Assembly (NCBI RefSeq): GCF_000354175.2
Contig: NC_022349.1
Coordinates: 600,001 to 632,000, forward strand
From: Vibrio alginolyticus NBRC 15630 = ATCC 17749
Lineage (GTDB): Bacteria > Pseudomonadota > Gammaproteobacteria > Enterobacterales > Vibrionaceae
Direction of reading: 5' to 3'
Length of the DNA: 32,000 nucleotides
A model generated the notes under the pieces. It did not search any database, was not told where the DNA came from, and saw only the letters and a program-made list of their open reading frames with translations. Shown here in pieces: positions 1 to 8,686 of this stretch. The translations under genes and the position numbers were made by a program. Each line of letters starts with the position of its first letter. Position 1 is the stretch's first letter.

Positions 1-1130
1 GGTACGAAAATCGCGTCTCCTGGTCCAACATTTGGTGGTCTGGCTGAAGATAGTCCTTCTGTATGCGCGGTAAGATCGAATTTGATGACTTTGCCATCGG
101 CTTTTATAACGCGAATTTGGCGAGATTCTGCGTAGCGAGTGGGCCCGCCAGCGTTGGCGAGGATATCCATGAAGCTAGCGCCTTGCTTGCCTTCGTATGC
201 CCCAGGATGGGCGACTTCACCCATCACGTAAACCACATTTGCACCTGCTTTGATTTCTTCTTCCTGTTTTGGGACAAAGATGGTGGCACCTGGCAGGATC
301 TCCGGCAGTAGGCTTTGGTCTCCAGTATCAAGGTACTTTTTCAGGTTAAACATGGTTGGGTTATTGTTTGTTATCACGCGAATTTGCTCAACACTGGCAT
401 ATCGTGTCACGCCGCCAGCTCGCATTACGACATCAACTAGCGTGGTGTTTGGCTTGTATGAGAACGAGCCAGGTGCGTTGACTTCACCAAAGACTTTGAT
501 TGCACGAGCGGAATCTGCGCTGTCACCTGAATTCGCGAGTTTTGCTGCATCAAACTCTTGCTCAATATTCCCTACGAGTGGGGAAGCGGGGACAAATAAG
601 ACATCCAGTGATTCTAGTTTTGGCAGCTGGCTATTGTCACCCGTATCAAGGAAGCGTTTGTAGTCAAATTCAATGTTTTTATTTCCACGTTTCACGATCA
701 TTTTATCAAGCTGAGCCCCTGCGCGCAGGCCGCCAGCTTCGTACACAAACATTTGAATGTTGGACCCAGAAGGTAAGGTATATTCACCGGGTTTGACCAC
801 GTAGCCTTGAACGGACACTAACAACTGTTGCTGTTTAATAAAAACTCGAGCGTTGTTAACGTCACGATAAACGGTCTTTAGCCTGTCGATAATCACGTCT
901 TGGAGTTGTTGTTCATTGTAGCCGGCCACTAATACAGGGCCGACTTCTGGTAAATTAATTCGTCCACGACGATCGACCTGAAACCCTTGGTTTAACGACG
1001 CCTCTCCGGGTAAGTTAATCTGTATTAAATCACCGACCTTAACAGTATTGCTCTCATCCGCTATGGAAGAAGGTACCCACGCAACCAGACACAACAACAT
1101 TAAGAGGATAAATGGTTTCATCGTGTTCAT
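1..1130 (-). CDS. sypC: Polysaccharide export protein, Wza/Poly_export + SLBB type (SypC-like); 3' end runs off the window
   Basis: Minus-strand frame is open from the window edge to the ATG at 1130-1128. That ATG forms an ATGA overlap with the upstream stop, with GGAGG 6 nt upstream. Hand translation: MNTMKPFILLMLLCLVAWVPSSIADESNTVKVGDLIQINLPGEASLNQGFQVDRRGRINLPEVGPVLVAGYNEQQLQDVIIDRLK..., i.e. a signal peptide plus a Poly_export N-domain pattern. It is absent from the ORF track because no stop lies in the window. Confidence 0.8.
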   Translation of the reverse strand, partial: MNTMKPFILLMLLCLVAWVPSSIADESNTVKVGDLIQINLPGEASLNQGFQVDRRGRINLPEVGPVLVAGYNEQQLQDVIIDRLKTVYRDVNNARVFIKQQQLLVSVQGYVVKPGEYTLPSGSNIQMFVYEAGGLRAGAQLDKMIVKRGNKNIEFDYKRFLDTGDNSQLPKLESLDVLFVPASPLVGNIEQEFDAAKLANSGDSADSARAIKVFGEVNAPGSFSYKPNTTLVDVVMRAGGVTRYASVEQIRVITNNNPTMFNLKKYLDTGDQSLLPEILPGATIFVPKQEEEIKAGANVVYVMGEVAHPGAYEGKQGASFMDILANAGGPTRYAESRQIRVIKADGKVIKFDLTAHTEGLSSARPPNVGPGDAIFV

Positions 1131-1993
1131 AGCGCGCCTCCTGCCGTTGAGTTGCGGTTTATTGAGGTATCGCTATCTGAATTAGGGCTAATAACCTCGA
1201 TGCTTACTCGACGATTAGTTAAACGCACGGCAGATGTTTCACCTTCATAGAGTGGCAGGTTATCTCCGACAGATTTGGTAGTGACTCTCTCTGAAGTGAT
1301 ACCAAATACGGTTAGGTAACGCTTTACTTGTTCCGCACGCGCTTGAGCAAGTTTCTGGTTGTAATCGGGTGTTCCAGTTGCATCCGCATGCCCCGTTACT
1401 ACAAGAGATAGGTTGGGGTGGTCACGTAAAATGTAGGCTGCTTCTGCCAAATGTCCCATGTACTTCGGGTTGATTTCTGCTGAATCGACAGCAAACTGGT
1501 TGTCGATATTAAGTAGTGCATAGATATCCGAGACTATGTTTAGGTCGCTACGTAGTGCTTCAATATCATCGGGCGGTGTGCAAGTGGTTTGGCTCAGTAC
1601 GTAGTCGAGTTGTTGTTCGAGCTGGTTTAAGCGTCGACGCTGAATCACAAGGTCGTTGGCAGCGTCGAGTAAAAGCCCACCTTCTAACTCGCGCGCAATT
1701 CTATTTTGTTTTTCAAGGGCCTGAACAACTGCCGCAGGAAAACACCAGCGCGCGCCCTCTTGGATTAGTGCGTCTAGATGTAACTTGGTCAGTTGCCAAT
1801 CAAACCTTAACCCATGTTCTGGACCTAAAGGCTCGTCAGGCATCACTGGGGAAAACTGATAATTCTCGATCGAGATATCTTGATAGCTTTCCGCCAAGCC
1901 ACCTTTCCCGTGTTCTGGGTAGTCAAACGACGAACAACCAAACATGCCGACAACAAGACCGCTTACTGCATATCGTCGTAAAAGATTTACCAT
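1127..1993 (-). CDS. sypB: OmpA-family (OmpA_C peptidoglycan-binding) probable lipoprotein, SypB-like
   Basis: 288 aa. N-terminus ...GLVVGMFGCSS is lipobox-like. C-terminal OmpA-like domain: LVVTGHADATGTPDYNQKLAQARAEQVKRYL...NRRVSIEV. GGAGG lies 5 nt before the ATG. The gene sits between the STAS and export genes, as in syp loci. Confidence 0.85.
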   Translation of the reverse strand: MVNLLRRYAVSGLVVGMFGCSSFDYPEHGKGGLAESYQDISIENYQFSPVMPDEPLGPEHGLRFDWQLTKLHLDALIQEGARWCFPAAVVQALEKQNRIARELEGGLLLDAANDLVIQRRRLNQLEQQLDYVLSQTTCTPPDDIEALRSDLNIVSDIYALLNIDNQFAVDSAEINPKYMGHLAEAAYILRDHPNLSLVVTGHADATGTPDYNQKLAQARAEQVKRYLTVFGITSERVTTKSVGDNLPLYEGETSAVRLTNRRVSIEVISPNSDSDTSINRNSTAGGAL

Positions 1994-2019
1994 GCCAACC
2001 TCCGTTTAAACCGGTATTT

Positions 2020-2340
2020 TTAGTGTCCTTTTGAGTTAACGGGAATGGCATGGTTGATACGAAGCAAGCTCATGATTTCTAAAGGTTGGCCTGATACGTT
2101 TTCAATACTCATGCTTCTTTCACGTTCAACTAGACGCTTATATAAGTAAACAATGGCACCAATCCCTGAAGAATCAAGAAATTGGACGTGCTGTAGGTTA
2201 ATTTCGACTTCTTTGTGATGATTGTTGTGAATTACTTCATCAATGTGATGTTGTGCTTGTCGACAGCCGCTTGCGTCTAAGTCACCAAAAAACTCAATGG
2301 CTAACTTGTCTTGATTGATTTCTAGTTTGCGTAATTCCAT
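2020..2340 (-). CDS. sypA: STAS-domain anti-sigma-factor antagonist (SpoIIAA/SypA-like)
   Basis: 106 aa with the conserved phosphorylatable-serine motif FLDSSGIGAIV. GGAGA lies 7 nt upstream of the ATG. It is the first gene after a sigma54 promoter. Confidence 0.85.
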   Translation of the reverse strand: MELRKLEINQDKLAIEFFGDLDASGCRQAQHHIDEVIHNNHHKEVEINLQHVQFLDSSGIGAIVYLYKRLVERERSMSIENVSGQPLEIMSLLRINHAIPVNSKGH

Positions 2341-2376
2341 GACTCTGTCTCCGTTTGTTTTTCTAATTGGATATAG

Positions 2377-2392
2377 AGCAGGTAACGTGCCA
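2377..2392 (-). promoter_or_regulatory. sigma54 (-24/-12) promoter of the sypA-like operon
   Basis: Minus strand reads TTGGCACGTTACCTGCT, with GG-N10-GC spacing exact. It lies about 37 nt upstream of the sypA ATG. Confidence 0.75.
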
Positions 2393-2460
2393 ATTTGAAA
2401 TTAATGAAAAATCAAACAGTTAAATATTGTTAATTATATTGTTCAATTTGAGAAAGGACT

Positions 2461-2479
2461 GATTCTCAAATTGAGAATC
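2461..2479 (-). promoter_or_regulatory. Perfect 9+1+9 palindrome GATTCTCAAATTGAGAATC; candidate bEBP (SypG-type) enhancer
   Basis: The core TTCTCA-AAT-TGAGAA fits the V. fischeri syp enhancer consensus as I recall it (TTCTCANNNTGMDWW). Its centre is about 80 bp upstream of the -24 element. A half-site-like CAATTTGAGAA lies at 2444-2454. Confidence 0.65.
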
Positions 2480-2763
2480 AAAAACGCACAGAGAAATGGT
2501 TTGCTTATAAGAGGTTTTGAGCCGAAAGAAGTCGTTAGACCGGGGGAGGCACGTCATGATTAGATTCCAACTCGATTGACGAACCATCCGCCATACGAGA
2601 ATAATGTGTAACGACTAAATGCAAAACCTGTCTAAAGTTTATGATTATCTTTGCAAATTATTACTAATGTTGATTGTTATGAGTCGAAGAATAACTAGTA
2701 ATAAATAGGTCATCGAGAGGACTTACGTTTCAATAAAGGCGATTTTTTGTACAAGGTCTTCTT

Positions 2764-3609
2764 ATGCCATTAAAAATGACATTAATTGCGCTGGCTGTTA
2801 TGGCAGCGTCTTCACAGCCTCAAGCGGATATGTCTCTCGCACCACCAGTTTCTCTTGCACAAAGCTATCAGGATGGCATTGATGTGTCTGAATATTGGTA
2901 TAGCGAAAAACTTGATGGTGTTCGCGCTTATTGGACTGGGCAACATCTCGTGACGAGAAATGGTAATCGAATCTACGCCCCAGACTGGTTTACAGGACCT
3001 TTGCCTGATTATCCGTTGGACGGTGAACTTTGGGCTGGGAGAGGTAACTTCCATCTTGTTCAGCAAACGGTATTAGATAAAACTCCTGTAGAGTCTGCTT
3101 GGCGACACATCGACTTTATGATCTTTGATATGCCATATTCTGCTGGTGATTATCGGAAGCGTTATTACAACATCAAAGACTTAGTGCTTGAAGTCGACCA
3201 GCCTCATATCAAATATGTCGAGCACCGAGCGATTCAAAATGAAGCTCATCTGTTTACACAGTTGGATAAAATTTCAATATCCGACGGTGAAGGGGTGATG
3301 TTGCGGAAGGTATCAAGCCGCTATCAGGCTGGACGCGGTAGTGATTTGCTTAAACTAAAACGATACGCAGATGATGAAGCGTTAGTTGTGGGTTATAAGC
3401 CAGGAACAGGGCGCTTATTAGGTATGATGGGAGCAATGTTAGTTCGCTTACCAAATGGCATTGAGTTTTACATCGGTAGCGGATTTACCGATGAAGTGCG
3501 TCGCCAGCCTCCGAAAATTGGTTCAACCATTACATTTAGATATAACGGTTTTACACATACTGGTAAACCACGTTTTGCTCGATTCTTGCGTGAAAGGTTG
3601 AAGGAATAG
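2764..3609 (+). CDS. ATP-dependent DNA ligase, minimal Lig E type with N-terminal signal peptide
   Basis: 281 aa. Signal-like N-terminus MPLKMTLIALAVMAASSQPQA. Adenylation motif I KxDG within YSEKLDGVRAYW. The short two-domain size is typical of periplasmic Lig E ligases of Vibrio, Neisseria and Haemophilus. Confidence 0.85.
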   Translation: MPLKMTLIALAVMAASSQPQADMSLAPPVSLAQSYQDGIDVSEYWYSEKLDGVRAYWTGQHLVTRNGNRIYAPDWFTGPLPDYPLDGELWAGRGNFHLVQQTVLDKTPVESAWRHIDFMIFDMPYSAGDYRKRYYNIKDLVLEVDQPHIKYVEHRAIQNEAHLFTQLDKISISDGEGVMLRKVSSRYQAGRGSDLLKLKRYADDEALVVGYKPGTGRLLGMMGAMLVRLPNGIEFYIGSGFTDEVRRQPPKIGSTITFRYNGFTHTGKPRFARFLRERLKE

Positions 3610-3624
3610 AACGCTCTGCACTTA

Positions 3625-4623
3625 CTAGTTGCCAACGGTTACGCCACATCGTTTGAAGAGACCCTGCCAAAACTGAACGTGGTTTAGGGTTTCTTGCCTA
3701 AATGTCCTATGTGCCTCAATGATGCCGTACTGGTGACCATGGAGTTGCATACGGTTCTCCACCAAAGTGGCACCATCATTAAGTTGTTGATAGGTACTGT
3801 CTAAATAAGCCAAATAAGGTTGCACTTCTTCAACGTAAATGGATTGAAAGACATTTCTTAAGTAGCGGAACTGGGTGGTGTCTCTGTTCGGCCCGCACAA
3901 TACATTGCTCTGGTTCTGCTCAAGTAGCTGAGTTGTCGCTTTTAACCAAAGGGATGTGTTTACCATTGAATAGTAAAGTCGTCCGAGTAAACGAGATTTC
4001 TCTAACTCTTCTTGATATTGCGTAACTTCCACGTCGGGTAGACGTGAGACCGCGCGGTGGGGTAAATCATACATTTCGCTGAAAATACGATAGACATCGT
4101 TAATGCGTGCAATATCATTCGTCGTATTTTGAGATAGCCAATCAGAGGCAGTTAGTTGCTTTTGCATGGCGTCACTTACGAGTAGTAAGTTGTCGAGATG
4201 AATGTCTAAATGTTGCCACTTGGTTGAGTAAAGCTCTGTCAATGTCGCGCGTTCTTCATCGCTAAGTGGAAATTCGGATAAACATCGATGCATGACTCTT
4301 AAAAGGGCAGTTTGATAATCAAAATCATGAAAGGCATCCTGCACCTTTCCAAGTTGCGAGTTTTTCTCAGCAAGTAAATTGAAGAGTCCGCACTGTCGTA
4401 ATTGATAGCTCTCTAGCAGGCCAATAGATAGCCTTGGCAATGGCTCGAACAAAACGCGTTTCGCAGGAATCGTTACCGTAGACTGTAATTCTATTGGAAT
4501 AGCAGGAACGTCCAATACATTGGCTACACGTTGATGATACTTATCAAACATGGCGTTCTCTGGATTGAACCAGTTATCACAACCATTAAGAATCAAGATT
4601 AAGAACAATAAAATAGACCGCAC
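3625..4623 (-). CDS. Conserved lipoprotein of unknown function (DUF3080-like, from memory)
   Basis: 332 aa with lipobox LILILNGC at the N-terminus. Long uninterrupted ORF with no recognisable catalytic motif. Confidence 0.6.
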   Translation of the reverse strand: MRSILLFLILILNGCDNWFNPENAMFDKYHQRVANVLDVPAIPIELQSTVTIPAKRVLFEPLPRLSIGLLESYQLRQCGLFNLLAEKNSQLGKVQDAFHDFDYQTALLRVMHRCLSEFPLSDEERATLTELYSTKWQHLDIHLDNLLLVSDAMQKQLTASDWLSQNTTNDIARINDVYRIFSEMYDLPHRAVSRLPDVEVTQYQEELEKSRLLGRLYYSMVNTSLWLKATTQLLEQNQSNVLCGPNRDTTQFRYLRNVFQSIYVEEVQPYLAYLDSTYQQLNDGATLVENRMQLHGHQYGIIEAHRTFRQETLNHVQFWQGLFKRCGVTVGN

Positions 4624-4723
4624 AAATATCCTTTTTTCTAACTTCGTATCCGTTGTCTAGAGAGCAAAATCAACCGCTTTGTAATCTTGTTATAAGTATA
4701 CTCAACCGTGTGATTATTCGATC

Positions 4724-4752
4724 AAAAAAGCCAGCGGATGCTGGCTTTTTTT
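4724..4752 (-). terminator. Rho-independent terminator after norM
   Basis: AAAAAA-GCCAGC-ggat-GCTGGC-TTTTTTT, 6 nt downstream of the norM stop. Flanking A and T runs make it usable in both directions. Confidence 0.8.
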
Positions 4753-4757
4753 ACTTT

Positions 4758-6128
4758 TTATTGAACTGAAAAGTTCAATTGCACTTCTGGCTCTTGGCGA
4801 TGCATCCAACGCATTCTGACGCCTAACATAAAGGCCGCAGAAGATAGGCCGATGATAAAACCAAGCCAGAAGCCTTGTGCTCCCATTGGCTCGACAATCC
4901 AGTCTGTACGGCCAAGGACGTAACCAATTGGCAGCCCAAGAATCCAATAAGCAATAAAAGTACGGTTGAAGATGGCTCGCATGTCTTTATAGCCGCGTAA
5001 TGCACCAGCTGCGATCACTTGAACCGCATCCGTACATTGATAAACAGCGGCAAACACGAGCAGGTGCATCGCTAGAGTGATTACCTCTGGGTTGCTAGTA
5101 TAAAGCTCGGCGATCCACTCACGAGACAAGACGGTTAAAATCGCTGTGAGAACGGACAATGCTAGACCAACCATAATGCCGACTCGTGACGCTACGCGCG
5201 CGCCATCTACGTTTTCTTCACCAAGTCGATGGCCGACACGAATGCTTACTGCTGCACCAATACTCATTGGTAGCATAAATACCAACGAGGAGAAGTTAAT
5301 CGCGACTTGATGCGCTGCCACAATGATAGGACCCAGTGGTGAAACGAGCAGTGCAACAACAGCAAACAATGTCACTTCAAAAAACAGCGCTGCTGCAACA
5401 GGAAAGCCGAGCTTGAATAGACGAACTTGCGCTTTCCATTGTGGGCGATGCCATTCTCCAAATAGGTTGATGCTTTTCAATCGCTCTGATGTCATCACAT
5501 ACAGCAATAGCATGGCAAACATGACCCAGTAAACAATCGTGGTTGCTACACCACAGCCAACACCGCCTAATTCAGGTGCACCAAACTTGCCGTACACGAA
5601 AATCCAGTTTAGAGGAATGTTGAGCAGCAAACCGATAAAGCCAATAACCATTGCCGGTTTCGTCAATGACATACCATCCGTAAAGCTTCTAAGCGTTTGG
5701 AAAAGTAAAAAAGCGGGTACTGCTAATATAACGGCATGAATGTATCCCACCGTTTTTTCAGCCATCAGTGCTTCAACATCCATCAGCCCGAGAATAAACT
5801 GGGTTTGAAGCAGGACTGCAATTATCGGCACACTGATCAGCAATGCCAAAACGACGCCTTGCTGAATTTCAAACGGTATTTTCACTCGACGACCAGAGCC
5901 ATTTAACTGTGCGACAACAGGGACCAATGCCATTAATAAACCCACCCCAAACAAAATGGATGGTAGCCAAATACTTGAAGCGACAGAAACCGCAGCCATG
6001 TCGGTGGCGCTAACGCCGCCAGCCATTACGGTATCAACAAACCCCATACCAGTTTGAGCGACAGATGCGATCAATACCGGGGTCGCCAATTTGATAAGAC
6101 TTGATGCTTCTTCTTTATAGCGATGCAC
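4758..6128 (-). CDS. norM: MATE-family Na+/multidrug antiporter NorM
   Basis: The protein from the GTG at 6128 (MHRYKEEASSLIKLATPVLIASVAQTGMGFVDTVMAGG...) gives 456 aa. This matches the remembered V. parahaemolyticus NorM N-terminus and length. The track ORF starts 8 codons earlier. About 12 TM segments. Confidence 0.93.
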   Translation of the reverse strand: MHRYKEEASSLIKLATPVLIASVAQTGMGFVDTVMAGGVSATDMAAVSVASSIWLPSILFGVGLLMALVPVVAQLNGSGRRVKIPFEIQQGVVLALLISVPIIAVLLQTQFILGLMDVEALMAEKTVGYIHAVILAVPAFLLFQTLRSFTDGMSLTKPAMVIGFIGLLLNIPLNWIFVYGKFGAPELGGVGCGVATTIVYWVMFAMLLLYVMTSERLKSINLFGEWHRPQWKAQVRLFKLGFPVAAALFFEVTLFAVVALLVSPLGPIIVAAHQVAINFSSLVFMLPMSIGAAVSIRVGHRLGEENVDGARVASRVGIMVGLALSVLTAILTVLSREWIAELYTSNPEVITLAMHLLVFAAVYQCTDAVQVIAAGALRGYKDMRAIFNRTFIAYWILGLPIGYVLGRTDWIVEPMGAQGFWLGFIIGLSSAAFMLGVRMRWMHRQEPEVQLNFSVQ

Positions 6129-6520
6129 GAAAAATACTCCAGAGCGGAACAATAAGTTGAAAGAATGAGAGTACTCGAGGGCAAAAGATGTGGTGAACGG
6201 ATCTGATGGTTGATTTTAGTCACGATAAGGTGAAAAAATGCCTCGGAGAAACTCCGCGCAAATGATAAACAATTGTATGTTTATATTCCATAGCTAGGTA
6301 GTGAATAGTCGATAACACTGACTGGACGCTCTCCACGCTAAGGATACGCTTTTACTGAGAACAGCAGCGAATCATGGTAATGTTGAAGCATGCATGAGAA
6401 CAAACCAGTGTTCATTAAGCCATGGCTTTATCGCCTGAGGTCTTTATTTCCGACCTGTAGCGCAGTGTTTAGGGCTTAGTCTTCGACTACAGTTGGTATT
6501 AAATCAATAGGTAAAAAGAA

Positions 6521-7132
6521 ATGTTTACAGGAATAGTTCAGGGTACGGCGAAGGTCGTTAAAATTGATAAAAAAGAACGCTTTCAAACGCACGTTGTCGA
6601 GTTAAGCGATGAACTTTGTAAAGGGTTAGAAATTGGTGCATCCGTTGCACACAACGGATGTTGTCTAACTGTGACTAAGATCGAAGGCAACCTTACCAGT
6701 TTTGATTTAATGCAAGCGACATTGGCTCTTACTAATTTAGGTCGGCTGGTGGAAGGGGATAGCGTAAACATTGAGCGCGCGGCTAAGTTTGGTGACGAAA
6801 TAGGCGGACATAGCATGTCTGGTCATATTAGTTTGACGGCAGATATTGTCGATATCATCGATACGCCCAATAACCGCACGATTTGGTTCCAACTGCCGCA
6901 AGAATCAATGAAATATGTATTAGCGAAAGGTTACATTGGTTTAGATGGCTGCTCGCTAACTATTGGTGAAGTTGAAGCGTGTCGTTTTTCAGTACACCTA
7001 ATTCCAGAAACCTTGCAGCGAACGCTTTTCGGAGTGAGACAAGTAGGGGAGCGTGTTAATATTGAGTTTGATCCTCACACTCAAACAATTGTTGATACTG
7101 TTGAGCGCGTTCTTGCAGCAAAACAGCTTTAG
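6521..7132 (+). CDS. ribE: Riboflavin synthase (alpha chain)
   Basis: 203 aa. [12 protein letters not shown]...[13 protein letters not shown]...GGHxMSGH...GIDGxSLTxGEV matches E. coli RibC. The divergent ribC-norM(mdtK) neighbourhood is the same as in E. coli. Confidence 0.92.
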   Translation: MFTGIVQGTAKVVKIDKKERFQTHVVELSDELCKGLEIGASVAHNGCCLTVTKIEGNLTSFDLMQATLALTNLGRLVEGDSVNIERAAKFGDEIGGHSMSGHISLTADIVDIIDTPNNRTIWFQLPQESMKYVLAKGYIGLDGCSLTIGEVEACRFSVHLIPETLQRTLFGVRQVGERVNIEFDPHTQTIVDTVERVLAAKQL

Positions 7133-7138
7133 AATGAG

Positions 7139-7163
7139 AAAAAGGAGCCTAGTGCTCCTTTTT
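7139..7163. terminator. Bidirectional rho-independent terminator between convergent ribE and the CPXCG gene
   Basis: AAAAA-AAGGAGC-ctagt-GCTCCTT-TTT. Confidence 0.8.
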
Positions 7164-7207
7164 CATTTAAGCGTTTTTATATTTCTGATGTTCACATGCT
7201 CGAGCTG

Positions 7208-7402
7208 TTATTCGTAATTGTCATCGATAAATAGTTCGACCTTATCTTGTAACTCATCCACTCGCATATTTAGGTGGATAGCGTGGCAACAAGCTGGGCA
7301 ATCATCATAAAACTCTTGGTCACCATTACTTGCATCCAATGTAATGCCGATAGAGTGTCCGCAATGCGGGCACTTTACATACCTTTCGGTATAATTTTTC
7401 AT
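7208..7402 (-). CDS. CPXCG-motif cysteine-rich zinc-ribbon protein
   Basis: 64 aa with two Cys pairs, CPHCG...CPACC, and an acidic tail. Confidence 0.7.
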   Translation of the reverse strand: MKNYTERYVKCPHCGHSIGITLDASNGDQEFYDDCPACCHAIHLNMRVDELQDKVELFIDDNYE

Positions 7403-7655
7403 ACAACAACTCCTAATCTCGCAGGGCTTTTAAACACACTATTCATCAAGGAAGTACAGCCCTTTACTTACTTTGCCTACAAGGAAAATAGGCACAATCC
7501 AAAGTTAAGTCTCCTTTGATATTAGGTCGAGTTGTTGCTAATTGAGTCGAAATAAGTACAAAACTTGACCCCAAACTCAACCTTGAGCTTAGGGTGATCT
7601 TCTGTAGTGATGTGCCTCGAGATTTTACATCTTGAAATATGCAGTGGCTTCCAAA

Positions 7656-8522
7656 TTAATAAGAAATGATTTTATTAATAACCAGTTGAGCCTGTTCCAA
7701 GTAATGGCCGCCAAACAAATTACAATGGTTGAGAACATGGTAAAGGTTATAGATATCTTTACGCTCTTCATAGCTTGAAGAAAGTGGCATAACCGATTCG
7801 TAGCCTTGATAAAATTCTGGTTGAAATCCACCAAAAAGCTCCGTCATCGCAATATCACACTCCCTGTCCCCCCAATAGCACGCAGGATCGTAACAGATAG
7901 GACCGAATGCAGTGAGTGCCGCATTTCCATTCCATAAATCGCCATGCAACAAAGAAGGTTCCGGAGCATGGTTTGCTAGCCGCTGTTTTACGACATCGAT
8001 AAAGTCATCGATATCAACCAAGGTGACGCCTTTTTCTTTAAGGAGCTGTAATTGCCATCCTATGCGTTGCTCAGCAAAGAATACACACCATTTCTTGTGC
8101 CATTTGTTGGGCTGTAGAGTCGAACCGAGATAGTTGTCGGTATCAAAACCAAACTCTTTTTGCTCGCCCCACTGGTGTAGGTGAGCTAATTGCTGCCCAA
8201 ATTTAAAGCTGTTGGGACCATCTTCTAATGGTTTCGTTGGAAGGTAGTTAAGAATTAGGAATGAGGCATTTTTGGTTTTACCAACCAATACCACCTCAGG
8301 TACAAATAGGGTGGATGTTTCACGCAAAAGATGCAGGCTTTCAGCTTCTACCTCAAATTTCGACAAAAACTCGCGATCGTTAATTTTCACAAAATAACGT
8401 TGCTCGCCATCATTGATCATGTAGCTTTCACTGATATCCCCACCAGACAGCCTTACTTTTTCCGTGATCTGGTAATCGAACAATAAAGTATCAGAAAGCT
8501 GTTGCGATATTGCTTGCCACAT
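7656..8522 (-). CDS. Fructosamine/ketosamine-3-kinase family protein (YniA-like)
   Basis: 288 aa with the kinase motif LLHGDLWNGN and the family-typical N-terminus ...LSGGDISESY. Confidence 0.88.
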   Translation of the reverse strand: MWQAISQQLSDTLLFDYQITEKVRLSGGDISESYMINDGEQRYFVKINDREFLSKFEVEAESLHLLRETSTLFVPEVVLVGKTKNASFLILNYLPTKPLEDGPNSFKFGQQLAHLHQWGEQKEFGFDTDNYLGSTLQPNKWHKKWCVFFAEQRIGWQLQLLKEKGVTLVDIDDFIDVVKQRLANHAPEPSLLHGDLWNGNAALTAFGPICYDPACYWGDRECDIAMTELFGGFQPEFYQGYESVMPLSSSYEERKDIYNLYHVLNHCNLFGGHYLEQAQLVINKIISY

Positions 8523-8686
8523 ACAAAACCTCGCGAATCTATTTGACCACCAATAGTTTAGGATAAATAGCAGGGAGTTGGCGCTATGTTGAGCATACTT
8601 AGTAAAGAAACCTTCCTCTTAGTGTAGTCAATTTGTATAAATGTGAATCAAATCGCTTATAAGCCTCTGATTTGTTGGCTTAGCAT

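Noticed and set aside
63-796. Three plus-strand track ORFs (82, 137 and 98 aa) at the left edge
   Set aside because: They lie antisense to a continuous minus-strand frame that encodes a clear signal peptide and polysaccharide-export domains. They have no SD and their sequences are low-complexity and implausible.
1516-2034. 172-aa plus-strand ORF
   Set aside because: It is the antisense shadow of the OmpA-like gene, Arg/Ser/Val-rich with no motifs.
2546-2569. GGGGGAGG followed by an ATG opening a 7-codon peptide (MIRFQLD*) in the syp/ligase intergenic region
   Set aside because: It is too short and has no context, such as an attenuator structure, to support a leader-peptide function.
4714-5005. 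Minus-strand ORFs of 77 and 60 aa overlapping the norM 3' end
   Set aside because: These are alternative frames of the same strand within a well-supported MATE transporter gene, and one runs through the terminator.
6153-6520. FMN (RFN) riboswitch upstream of ribE
   Set aside because: None of the conserved RFN sequence blocks is visible on either strand. A covariance-model scan would be needed to be sure.
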